Shown here piece by piece: positions 35,736 through 47,859 of a stretch of DNA of 64,000 bases. The notes under the pieces were generated by a model, which ran no database searches, was not told the DNA's origin, and was given only the letters and a program-made list of their open reading frames with translations. This DNA comes from Selaginella moellendorffii (taxonomy: Eukaryota; Plantae; Lycopodiophyta). Positions within the stretch are counted from its first letter, which is position 1, and each line of letters begins with the position of its first letter. The stretch spans positions 78,371 to 142,370 of the forward strand of contig NW_003314278.1 of NCBI RefSeq assembly GCF_000143415.4. The letters are read 5' to 3'. The position numbers were made by a program, and so were the translations under genes.

Positions 35736-37234
35736 ATGGAGGAGGCGGTAGCAGCGTTGCGCGAGAAGGATGGCGAGGTATCGGCGGCTCTGCGTGCCGT
35801 GGTCGATGGCGCGCGATCCGACCACGGCAGATCCTGCCTGGCGAAGCTCGGCGCCGTCCCCGCCTTGGTTTCGCGTTCTCGGGTACGTATCGACGACAAT
35901 CTCCTCCTGCCGCTCCTGCGCGCTCTTCGCAATCTCTGTGCCGGCGAAGTCATGAACCAGGATTCATTTCTCGCCGAGCAAGGGATGGATCTGGCAGTAG
36001 CACTGGCATCCAGATTCCAGAAGCGCTTATGTTCTCTTCGCGAGGAGGATCTGGAGGAAGAGGATGGGAAGTTCTGGCTGGATTGCGCAAAGGCGCTGTT
36101 CCAGATGCTCGGGAATGTGGCCGGGCGTGGAGAGCAGGCACAGGATTCCATCTGGAAGGCATTCTTTCCAGAGATTTTGCTCGACTTGGCGTGCGTCTCC
36201 ACGAAAGAGGTGCTCGAGCCGCTGAGCATGGTGGTCTACACATGCTCTAGAGCGAGCCCCGAGCGCCGCCTCCAGCTTGCTCGAGGGAAAGGGAGTCGTC
36301 TCTTGGCCATCCTTCTCAGGGATTCTCCAAGCTCTGGTACGTGGAATTCTTCTCTACTCGATCGATCACTTGTATCGTGCATTGTTCTTGTGTAGAGTGG
36401 CTAAGCTTGCTCGTGGAAGCGGTGTGCCTCAAAGACGAACACCTCCCACTGGTGTTTGCAAGCCTCGGACCTTCTTCTACGTCGGCTTTCTCGTCCGAGC
36501 AGGCCATCCTTCTCGGTGTGTTATACTCCGTCTTGGATGAGAACCAGGGGGCTGTCGCTGCCATGCCATGGAAGTCGATGGAGTTTCTGGCGGACACCAT
36601 TGAGCAGTCGGCAATGCTCGTGGCTGCCACGTTTATGGACAAAGCGTTGCCTTGGCCTACAGGGTTTCCAATCGCCGACGTCCTCGGATTCAGTCTGTTG
36701 CTCACGAGACTCGCCACTACACATGACGACGTCCAGCTCGACGAAGCCAGAGTTGGTCCTTTGGTTGGATTGCTGCTGGAGATGTTACGGGCGCTTGGAC
36801 CTCCAGAGATGGTGAGGAAAGCTGCCGGCAGTGCATCAACGTCTCCACCGTGCGAAGAAGAGCAGGCTGCTACAATGCCAACACGGCTTCCAGTGCACAA
36901 CGTCTACAAAGGCTACCGACGTGACATAGTGTCCGTGATCGCAAACATGTCGTTTCATCGGCCCCGTGTCCAAGACCGAGTTCGAGAGGACGGAGGCTTG
37001 CTCTTAGTTCTCCAGCAGTGCGTGGTTGATGAAGACAATCCTTATCTCAGGGAATGGGGTCTATGGGCCATCAGGAATCTTACAGAAGGGAACGAACGAA
37101 ACGTACAGGAGCTCGCAAACCTCGAGATCAAGAAGGCTGTCAACGTTCTGGATGGTCTCAAGGTGGAAGTCGACGAGTTAACGAAGCGGCCAAAGCTCGT
37201 GAACGATTCGACCTCCGGGGACAATAGACCATAG
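35736..37234 (+). CDS. Ataxin-10 homolog (ARM-like, ~479 aa, intron 36337-36395)
   Basis: LRALRNLCAGE..NQ; C-terminal YKGYRRDIVSVIANM...LQQCVVDEDNPYLREWGLWAIRNLTEGN, typical of the ataxin-10 domain. Confidence 0.92.
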
Positions 37235-37364
37235 CTACGAGGTAAAGATTATCGAGGCAAGTACCTTCTCTCGCACAATTGTTTTCAAGTTGTCCATCAT
37301 TCTAGTTCTTCTCGTGAACTTTGTCTCTTTGATCAAGTATGAATCCAGATGGTATTGCAGGCCC

Positions 37365-38770
37365 CTATTGAGACGCGGCTATGATCACATCCTTGAACTG
37401 TCGAAGATTTCTCTCCAGGCAAGTACCTGCTCTCACAATCTTTTTAAGTTCTTGAGCTCTGCTCCTCATCCTCCTCCCTTCCTCGCCGTTCATCACAGCA
37501 TCTATAACGTTTCCCAAGTCTTCGCTTCTCACATCGTCTTTGGGTCCATGAGCCACCATTATCCCAGTTCTCCACTTCTTCACTATCGTGAGAGCATTCA
37601 AGTTCTGATCGTTATCGCAGGGCCAGCAAAGCATTGGTACTCCACAGCACAGGGCTTCTAGAGCTGAGTTCCATCCACCGTGCATTAAGAAGGCTCCAAC
37701 CGCGGAGTGGCGCAAGACGTTTACTTGCGGAGCCCATTCCACCACCAGGCAGGCTTGCTCCCCAACTATCTCTTGCAAGCTTTCATAAAAGTTCTCAGGT
37801 ACGTCTTTTGCAAAGTTCCTCCTGATCGCCCACAAGACTGGCTGACGGGTGGCTTTTACAGCTCTTGCAATCTTCTCCACTTGGTCGGCTGGCAGAGTAA
37901 CAACACTGCCAAAAGCGATATAGAGAACCGAGCCGTAAGCTTGTTTGTCCAGCCAGATCATGCTAGTGTCATTTGGAGAACTGAGAGTGATCGGGTGCTG
38001 TTCTTGCAGAAGCTCCGCAGGTACCAGAGGTCCGACTGGTAAATAACTGGAGAACAGCAACCTCCGTCCATTCACGACTTCCTGATCCAACTCCTCAATC
38101 GTGTTGACGACAATGCAAACCGCATCCTTTGTTCGTCTGGCTGCAACTCCCAGAGTGGTCACAATGGGTCCCCAGTGCTGGAAGGCAAGAGGGAGCAACT
38201 CTCGTGTAAAAGGCTCGAGACCGGGGATGAAGTCGATCAAAGCTTCCGGATTTGGATCGGCTGAGACAACACATATTCGTCGATCGGTATGAAGCAATTG
38301 TAAAGTTTCTTCTTCTTCTCACCATTGGCAGGAACATGGCCAGGAATGAAACCCATGGAGACAAGCTCTGGAATATGGTAGCACATCGCTTCGCTGACTG
38401 AGTCACTGGGAATGAAGGCAACTCGTGGAATCCCCAGGCTCTCGGCCACGTCCTGTGACCAGCCTAAGAACATATCAGCGATAAGGCACTTTACTGGTGG
38501 ACGGAGGGCCTCTAGAACCGGTGTCACGTCCTCTTGCAACGCGGGATCCATGAGCAAAAGCTTGTCCGAGGCTGGGCTTGGCACCACTTGGAAGTGAAGA
38601 TCATCGTGCCGAAGGCTCGACTCCAGCTTGGGGCATAGATTGCTGGGATAGACGAAGGTTACCTGGAATCCTAGCGGGACGAGGCGGCGGCAGAGCTCGA
38701 GCATGGGATTGATGTGGCCGGAGCCGGCGGTTGGGAGCACCGCTACGTGAAGGCGCTGCTCGTCCGCCAT
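37365..38770 (-). CDS. Family-1 UDP-glycosyltransferase UGT-B2 (inverted twin of UGT-B1)
   Basis: Intact two-exon gene; PSPG ends CWPCDNDQ. Confidence 0.95.
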
Positions 38771-38990
38771 AAGAGGATAGCTCTTCCAGAATATATTCCA
38801 GTATATGTTCTTTTTAGGACATTAAATAATTCTAGATGAGATGTTTAGAAATTTATACAAACTTGGGCTTCTATTATTTTCCAATGTCACAAGGAAGAAA
38901 TCCTTCCGATCACGAATGCAACATGGCATTCTTGGAAAGCCCCGAAGAAGCATTTTCAAGTTGAAGATTTTAAAAACTAATTTCCGTAGC

Positions 38991-39901
38991 TCACATTTTG
39001 CGCATCTCCTGCACTTGAGGTGGTTGCTCGTACACCGCCCTCGCAAACTCGTACCCTGAAAAATCAGAAATCAGGAAACAAAGATCACCAAGGCCCCAGA
39101 AATCATACCCAGAGCCGGGTTGATGTTGCGGTTCCTGAGCTCCCTGTAAGCCTGGGCAATGGAGCAGCAGTTGCACCAGCACTCGGTGCAGATGTCGTTG
39201 CAGGGCTCCTCGGGGAGTCCGTACTTGTGGCGCAGCTTTGCACGGTACAGGCAGCTGTAGAGGCAGCCACAGCCGGTGAACCACTGCACGATGCAAAAGA
39301 TGGCGGCTCCGGTGAAGACAGCTATCACATACAACATTGGATCACAAATCCAAGCAGAAAAGGAAAGAATCGTGAGCGGAACATCAAAAAAACTCAAAGT
39401 TGAATACTCACAGGTCATGCCTTGATCCAGAATGTTGGCCATGCGCCCAACAAGAACGCAGGGGCAGCACCACGCACACCAGCCTGTGGTTACACCAGAT
39501 GGAGAGGATTGATCAAATAAATTTTAAGAAATGTCGACCGGATATCTCATCTATCTGGAAGTCTGCTACAAACCAGATCTAGGATCAAAGAACAGAAAGC
39601 AAATTTAAAGAGATCACTCAATCAATCATCCAAGCTGCACGAAAAGAACTCTTTTTCTCGAAAAAAAAATAAAAACAGCCTTACAAGAGGGGCAGTCCTC
39701 GGTGCATCCACAGAGGCCCGTTGTCCAGAGGCCAGAATTCGGGGGTGCCAAGGTTGCCACTCCGGGTCCATAGTAACTACCAGGCGGAGGCTGGGGATAA
39801 GCAGCAGGAGGGGCAATAGGATGGCCTTCGCTGGTGAATCCTTGCTGCTGTCCTTGATACTGCTGCGTTGGATGGCCTTGCGGGGTGTAAGTGTAGGCCA
39901 T
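38991..39901 (-). CDS. PLAC8-family protein, copy 2
   Basis: Near-identical reverse complement of 31516-32431. Confidence 0.92.
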
Positions 39902-41852
39902 GGTGGTGTTGCTCTTTATCAGAAGTGAACGATCTTTTGAGAAGAGGAAGAGGAGACTTTGTAAGGGTTGTATTGGCCAATAGCGTCATGGTCAACGCAA
40001 GGAAACAGTCAGCCGCTGTCCGCGTCGCAAGCCGCGTTTGATTTGTTCCGAACGTTTTGGACACGGCTGGTAACTTTTCGGGCATTTGCAGAGGCTAAAA
40101 CACTATTCATAACGTGGTAATTTTCACAAATGTTTCTGAATCAATTGGACACGGCGGCCTGTGTCTTTTCCTCGTGTTTTCTTTCACGTTTGTCCATTAG
40201 CAGGCCAAGTTTGAATCACTACGAGTCAAACAAGAAAGGTATGGTCACTCGAATGTTTTCCCGGAAGGCAGTCTTGGGATCGATGCTGGGATGTAGTAGA
40301 CCTCGAGGAGCTGCTTGAGGTTGTCTGAGGAACCGTGAGATCAGTGAAAGAGAAGGACAAGCTTGTAAAACGACACCATTGACAACGCTAGCACTGGTGT
40401 TAGTGAGAAGTGCGATGCCAGATCCAGTAGAATACTCTCCACCATAGCCAAAGATCCCAGGTTGCAAGCAGGTGTTGTCCCCACAAGAGCAATGAGGCTT
40501 GAGAAGTATGCAACCACGAAGTTATGGTCTTGTGGGCATCCAGAGGAGTTGAGGCAGTTCTTAAGGTACTAAGTTCCTAAGAGCTGTTTGTGAAAAAAAG
40601 TAGCTGGTGCGTTTGGAAAAATAAATAAAATTATTCTCCAACAAGGATCAAGAAATCTTGTATGCTTTGACCTTGTGCAACCCAGGCAGGGGCGAACTAT
40701 CGAACTCATTGAGACTGATCCAACCGCTCGACTTGGAAATTGCAGAAGTGTCATCCAGTCAGGCCTTGAGCATTGATCTTGCCCGCATGCAGGGGCGCAG
40801 GCACAACCTGCAGAAGCCTTGGGCAAGAGAGCCAAGCGGGAAAGGACATCTTGTTGCTGTTAAACTCACTCTCAGATACTCACAAAACCTTTGGGGCCAT
40901 TGAATTTCCCAGCTGGCCACAAGAACCACAAGAAACCCCATAGCAAGGGTGTCGGGGAACATGTTGTAGCCTTATATGCCTCACAAGGGGATTCCCCACA
41001 TGCCAAGGACAGTAATAAACTCGAGAAATAAAGATCACTATTAAACGCTTTTAAACACAAAAGCCTCTTCATCACAGGCTTCTGGAATAATCTCGAAAAC
41101 TTTTTCTCCATGAGCCCCTGCAAAATCGGCCTTTCAAGGAAATCTATTGGGAAGAAGAAAACATGATGGACAAGGATCTATGACAGTCGAAGACATACAG
41201 TGAGGTACTGCCGCCTGGGCTCATGTCATAGAGAGCGTATATCTCAACACAACGTACACACTTGAGCCCAATGGGTTTCGAAAACAGCGATCTTGCCTGG
41301 ACCACCTTCTCACTTTGTGCATCCTTATGGAACGCACAAGGTTGGGATGAAACAAGACATTGCTACTTGGATTTGTGGAACATTTGATATGATCCCTTGC
41401 CAATTGTTGATCAAGTAACTCTTAGAGCTAGGAGCGCCTCACCCCTGGTGGCAGTGATTGTTAAGCTATACCGCTCGGTCAAACTATAAATCTTTGGAGC
41501 CTCAAAGATTGGAGCCCAACAATGCTATATTGGGGCGCTGGACAAGGGGAGGACCTATCTTTATACAAGCTCTTGGGAATGTATCTCTTTCTTCTTCTAT
41601 TTGCTATTGCCAGCTCAAATACCACCACCGTGCGATCACAGTTTGACACTCTTGGCACAGTTTTGTGCATTGGCAACATGGTTTTTGGAAACCCAACCCC
41701 AAGAATCTGTTCCAAAAACATGTACAAGTACTTAAGCTATAGGCACATGGAAAAAAGGGAGTGAAAGACCGCATAGAGGCAGCACAATTGGCTTATTAAA
41801 ACTTCCAATCTCACTGACCCATTGATTGATTCTAATCGTCGCCTCCAAGAGA

Positions 41853-43352
41853 TCACAGATCTCTCAGAGCTTGGGCGAAGGCCTTGAGGTTCCTGTCCGA
41901 GGATCCTCCCTCGGCTATGGCAGCCGCAGTAACCTTGCGGAATTCCCGAGCCCGGGCTCGCATCTCGTGACCCTCGTCGCCTCTCATCAGCCTCGCCACT
42001 AGATCCGCTAGCCTCTCGCTGGAGACCGAGATCACGGAGCTTTTATCCCGATCATCCTGGACCGGGATCGCCAGCTTCCAGTGCTCCACAAGCTCCTTGC
42101 AGTTGATGTTTTGCTCCGCCATGCAAGGCCAGGCGAGCATCGGCACGCCCGCGCAGATCCCCTCCACCGTCGAGTTCCATCCGCAGTGCGTCAGGAATCC
42201 TCCCACCGCCGGGTGGAGCAAGACGTGCATTTGCGGCGCCCACGAGATCACGATCCCGCGCTCGCCGATCCGCTGCTTCAATCCCTCGAAGAAATCGTGC
42301 ACCGAGGGATCCGCGACCAGGGTCTTGCGCAGCACCAGCACGAAGGGCTGGTTGCTGCGCTCCAGGCCCCTGGCGAGCTCCTGGAATTGCTCCACGGACA
42401 TGGTGGCCACGCTGCCGAAGGAGACGTAGATCACGGAGGATTCCTTCTGTGTGTCAAGCCACTCCAGGCACGCCAGATCCTCGGGAGACAGGTGCTCGCT
42501 GGATCGCTCCACCGCGGTGGATTCCCCCGCGAAGAATGCGGGGGACAGGCACGGGCCGATGGGGAAGTAGCTGGATTTGACCTCGCTGCGCAGCGTCGCC
42601 ACTGCGTGGGGCTCCAGCTCCTCGTAGCTGTTGCACAGCGCGAATCTCGCCTCCGCGAACCGCGACGCGCCGTCGCAGATCACGCCCAGGATTGGGTGGT
42701 CGTAGTAGAAGGCGAGCGGCAGATCCGTGGCGGGCATCGGCGGGCATCCGGGGAGGAATGCGATGAGCTCGTCCGTTTTCCTGGCTGGAAGAAGAAGAGT
42801 TTCCTTAGAACCCTAAAAACAGGGGAGGGAGAACTTACTCGTGACTGGCACGAATCCTTTGGACATGAGCTCCGGCAGGAAGAGGTGATAGATGTCGCTG
42901 ATCGCATTGGAGGTCCAGAACACCGCCCTGGGGATGCCAAATTCGTCCGCCAGATCCTGGGTGAATCCGTTGAAGGTGTCTGTGATCATGCAACAAACGG
43001 GATTCCCTTCCTCCTGGAACTTCCGGATAAGCTCTCGCACAGAGGCTGCCATGGCCCGCACTGCCAGGCGGATCTTCTCCACGAGCGCGCTGGGATCCCC
43101 CTTGGCGAGATCGTTGCTGCTGTTACCTGGATCGTCCGAGACCTCGACGATGCGGACGTTGCTCTTGGCGTGGGGGTCTGCAATCAGATCGCGCGTCTGG
43201 TGCATGAGCTTCATGTTGCTCGGATTGGAGGCGTAGGTGATGGTGACATCGCAGGCCGCGAGGCGACGGCAGAAGTGCATGAGCGAATTCGTGTGGCCCG
43301 GGATTGGGAATGGGAACGCTAGAACATGAGGCTTCTTGCTAGCACCCGCCAT
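41853..43352 (-). CDS. Family-1 UDP-glycosyltransferase UGT-C (~481 aa, intron 42785-42838), distinct subfamily
   Basis: PHVLAFPFPIPGHTNSL, ITDTF, PSPG WAPQMHVLLHPAVGGFLTHCGWNSTVEGICAGVPMLAWPCMAEQ, C-terminal EGGSSDRNL. Confidence 0.96.
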
Positions 43353-45989
43353 TCGCAGCGCTTTGACCTTGGATTGGAAGCCAGGTAAGATATAGGCCGC
43401 TGGGGAGTACCGAAGTAGTGATTTGGGAATTATGCTTGAAGAAGTACCCAATTAGAACACCACAGAAAGGAATGCTCCTCGTGAGAGGCACGAAAGTACA
43501 AGAAAGTAGCCCGGAATTGACCAGGCAATCTGACTTTGCTCTACAGCACGAAATAAAAGTTGGTGCTCGCCATTCCGGAGCTGCTGGATTCGTTGATGGG
43601 CGCTTTACTGCAGCAGGTGACAAGCGAAAAGAGGAAGGAAAGGCTACTTGAAGTGTTCTTGCAGAAAGATCAGTGCTCTTAACAGTGACTTCTTAGCTTG
43701 CTCGCCCTGTAAAGCTGCTCGAGCGGAATGGAGGCGGAAATAACTTGTAGAGATCTTCACAAACTGCAAGACATGGCCGCTGCGCATGCGGGTTTTGCTC
43801 CTCAAGTGCCGATCATAAGATGCTGAAAGACAGATGGTTTTGGAATTCCGAGAGCGTGATTTACCAGGTTTTGCGAGGTGGTCATGGCTTCAAACGACTT
43901 TGAAATCGACGACATGGATCAGAAGCCTTGCTACTGGTCGATGAACCCAAGCTTATAAATTCTTTCATCAAAGGCGATGTGGCGACCAAAGCGCTCCTTC
44001 GTGTGGATGGAAACAAATAGACGCTACGGAGGGTTAGATGGAATCCCGCGTCAAGATTCGCACATAATAGAGAAGACTCTCTACACGTTGCTCTTCATGC
44101 TATGAAGGATTTCCCGCAGCCCGGGAATCTTGGCATCCTTCAGCCAGATAACGTCCAGGCCAATCCGGGTTGGAATTGAGGAGCTCTCAACATACTAAAC
44201 AAAAGGTTATATTATAATTAAAAATGTAATTTAACCAGTCAAATGTGCAGCTAAACTTTCGTCTTCTTTCCATTCAAAACTTACCAAAGCATTCTTAACC
44301 TTTGGTCGACATGGCTCCTTCAGCCTGCCTAGTTCCCAAGTGCCCAAGTTTCCTCCTTAGCTCCTCCCTCGCCATCCCTCACCACGATCTGTCCACCAGC
44401 TCCATCCCCTGCTCACGATTGGCCACCCCAGCACCTGCCTGCTCATGCTCTCCCGGATCGAATCCACCTGAAATGGCTCAGGAATCTGCTCAGGAATGCA
44501 CCCATAAGTGTTGGAGAAGTTCCCGCAACAAGCCATTGCTCAAAAAAGAATTGCAAAGGCAAGAAAGACCAACTCACACGCACCCGACCACTTGGCCCTG
44601 TGCAGGATTGCGACTGGTATCACGAAGCACCATGCCGTATTGCTGCTCTCCTGCTAAATCAATGTGGAAATTGTACGTCTCCGGCAAGAGGATAGTGTCT
44701 CGCTGCTCTTGCCAAGGCAAAGGGTGTATATTGCCTGCGAGAGAAGAGGATTGAATGACAAGAAGCTTGTTAGCCCTCCCTTCCTTGGTGATTGCTAAGC
44801 ACATTAAATTAAAACATATTGGCTCAAAGTTTTAGTTTAACATCAGGAAAAAACTTAGATTGGAGTGGAATATATTTGAATATTCTAGGATATTCTACCA
44901 TTTAACGGTTGTTAATTATTTATATTAACTTTGTATTTATTATTTATAAACATGTTTATAATTTATAAATTTTCCTAAACACTTCTTAGTATATTTTAGT
45001 TTATTCTAATGGTTGATAAACATGTTTATAATTAAAAATTTCAATTGATTAATTATATTAATAAAATAGGAATATCACTACTATTAAGCAAAATCAAGCC
45101 TAAAAAATTATTTATTGATTATAATATAAATTTTTGTTTAATATGGCTACACTGCCATATCTTAATATTAGTGTAATGGGATTTTAGTAACCGTCGAATT
45201 GATTTTAATCTAAACCACTTGCTTCTGTATATAAGCTATGGTTTTTGGGTTAATTGATATGCACATTTTTTGTATTGCATTTCCATATTTTATACACTCA
45301 TATTAGTGAAGATGAGGGGTAATTTTGATTGTCCTTGAAGAGTGTTTGGATTTAGGATTTTGTTATAAATCTAGCTTTTGCATTGTCTAGATCTCCCTTT
45401 CCTTATAGCTTTTTTAGTTTTTTTTTTTTGCTTTTTTGCTTTTTATTCATTTTATCCACTCTTATCAAGGGGTTCACTTGGCACCAGTTCATCTAGTGTT
45501 TACTTTCTAATTTTGTTTTTATAACAAGAGGTCTTTTATTATTCTCTCCGTGTTGGTTGATATAGGTTTGAGTTTATCTTCTATTGCTTGGCCTGTTGCC
45601 ACATGTTTCTGTCTACATTTGCATCATGTAGCAGAGCTAGTTTTCATTCTTTATAGCAACAGCCACATATATACATATGTACGGGATACGGCAAATTTGG
45701 TTGTGCATATAGATGGTCTTTAGCTTGAGTTGCAGTTATTGTGGGTAGTGCTGAATCAAGCTTTTAACCTCATCTTTGGTATGGATTGTTTGCAGTAGAA
45801 TCATGCCAAGTGTGACTTTAAGGCTTCTCCCCCTTGTCTCATATTTCTTTATATTTCTTTTATTCCTTTCACTTTTATTCTTTTTCATCCCTCTACTTTT
45901 ATCACTTTTATCTATTTATTATTTCTTTCTATGTTTCTATTTTGTTCTTCTCTTCCCTTTTTCAATCCTTCCGACAGTCTTTGTGTTGC

Positions 45990-46900
45990 AGTGGTTGACT
46001 GGCTTATGAAGGAATATGCCAATCTCTTTGAATTTGATTTGTTGTTTGGGGCCAAGATTACAATATGTCATCCTATTCCAATTAGGGATGCTTACCTAAT
46101 CAAGGTTCTTGTTTGTTATCAATTACCCAAAGAAATCAAGATTTTATATGCAAATGTTAAGAAGATATTGGAAAAGTGTGTTATTCGAAAGTTGTAAAGT
46201 CCTTGGGCATGTGAACGTCATCTTGTGATGAAATCTGACGGGAGTATTGATTTCTGCATCGACTATCATTTGTTAAACAAAGTGACGATCCTAAATGTGT
46301 ATCCTTTTCCTCACTCTACTAATCTCTTGGATTGTCTAGGGAGAAGTTGTTAGTTTACTAAGTTAGATTTTACTTTTAGTTACTGGCAAATACTAATGGC
46401 CAAAGGCGATATTCCTAAGATTGCTTTTTGTACACTGTTTGGTTTGTACGAGTTTTTGGTGATGCTGTTTGGTTTGAATAATGTTTTTGCAACTTTCTAA
46501 CGGATGATGGATGAGGTTCTTTGCAATACGTTGGAGGTTATAGCTGACTTCGTTAATAATATCTTAATCTATTCGGAAGAGACATGGGAAGAACACATTC
46601 GTGATGTTCGTAAGATGTTGGATGAACTTCAGGAAGTTGGTTTAAAGCTAAAGTGGTCAAAGTGCGTGTTTGGGTCCAAAGACACCATTTATCTTGGGTA
46701 TTGTATTTCTGGTGAGGGTTTCCAAGTTGATCCTGACAAACTTGTGGCTGTTCTAAAATTCCATACTCCAAAGTGTGTGAATGATGTGCAATGCTTCTTA
46801 AGCAAGGTACAGTATCTCAATCGTTTTGTTGATCATTTTTTTGATCACACTGCATTATTGCAAGCGTGTAAGCGACTTCCAATCTACTTTAGTCAATTAA
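45990..46900 (+). mobile_element. Degenerate Gypsy reverse transcriptase fragment
   Basis: FCIDYHLLNKVT...FTKLD...YWQI...[12 protein letters not shown], YxDD decayed to FVNN, LKLKWSKC. Confidence 0.85.
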
Positions 46901-47859
46901 CCACACCTTCAACCACTTGAAGGAGTCTCACTCACAACCTTCATAAGTCCTATTCTGGACTTGGGGACTTATTAGCCCCATGAATGGCATTTATGCCACT
47001 CAGCCTTTGCACTTGGTCCAAATGCTCCACGTATCCAATCCCATGATCAACACCCTAAAGGTATTACCAATATATTAGCCTATTACGCTAAGGCCATATC
47101 CATTTACCTTTGTCTCATTGGTAGTCCTAAACCACTCTTACCATAGTCCCATCTCTTAAAGACTAACTAGGCCATCTCTCCATGAATGGTTATCCAGAAC
47201 CACTCCTTAGCACTTTTATAATGCCTGAAGACATGGGGAACAACTTTCCCCAACATCCCTTTTTCAGTCCCCACTAAATCCTTCTCCGTCCCTAGCCGTG
47301 TTTGCCAATACTGCCACTAGATCAAGGCTTGAAGGCCCAGCCACTACATCCCATTGACCTCTAAGACTTCCTTGCCACATGACTATATCCTTGGTCACTA
47401 CACAAGAGGATTGCTCCTCTTCCTTTCCATAGTTTGGGACTTTGGGATAACATTTCGAAACACCGTGGTCCTATGCAAGCTTCGTGGGTACTCTTCCCAC
47501 CTTCCACCTTTGGGTGCCCTAACTATGTGGCTAGAGCAGCCACGCCAAATATCCAAGTAGGTAGTGCTACTCACAGTTGAATTGGGAGCATCGACCATTC
47601 GATCTCCTGAAGGAGCTTAAGTTAGTTCTTGAACACTTCACCAAGTTACTCCACTTATCCATCCGCATTCACTCTAACTTTAACTTAACTAACTTTGCAC
47701 TCTTTAGTGGTTATATTATCACCCATCACATGGGTATAGCCTTCCTTGGTCACATTAGCCTTTCCTGGCAAAATTGGCTCCACTAGAGTCCCCTACTATA
47801 TTTTTGCAGCTCACCAAACCTCCCAAAGTCTGGGAGACGATCGCTTTGGGTTTTTACCC

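Larger units (their letters stand above)
31481..39936. repeat. ~3-kb inverted duplication (arms 31481-34457 and 36958-39936, ~2.5-kb spacer)
   Basis: The arms are near-identical reverse complements covering PLAC8, UGT and the ataxin-10 3' end, including introns and intergenic DNA. Confidence 0.95.

Noticed and set aside
40600-41780. Possible gene remnants (an IGKGSY kinase-like motif on the minus strand)
   Set aside because: Fragmented, with no further kinase motifs to back the call.
42081-43322. 413-aa plus-strand ORF (and similar ORFs opposite the PPR and UGT genes)
   Set aside because: Antisense shadows of GC-rich coding sequence with no recognisable motifs.
43440-44800. Coding-like GC-rich DNA upstream of UGT-C
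   Set aside because: Multiple stops and no family I can recognise. Possibly a pseudogene, but not supportable.
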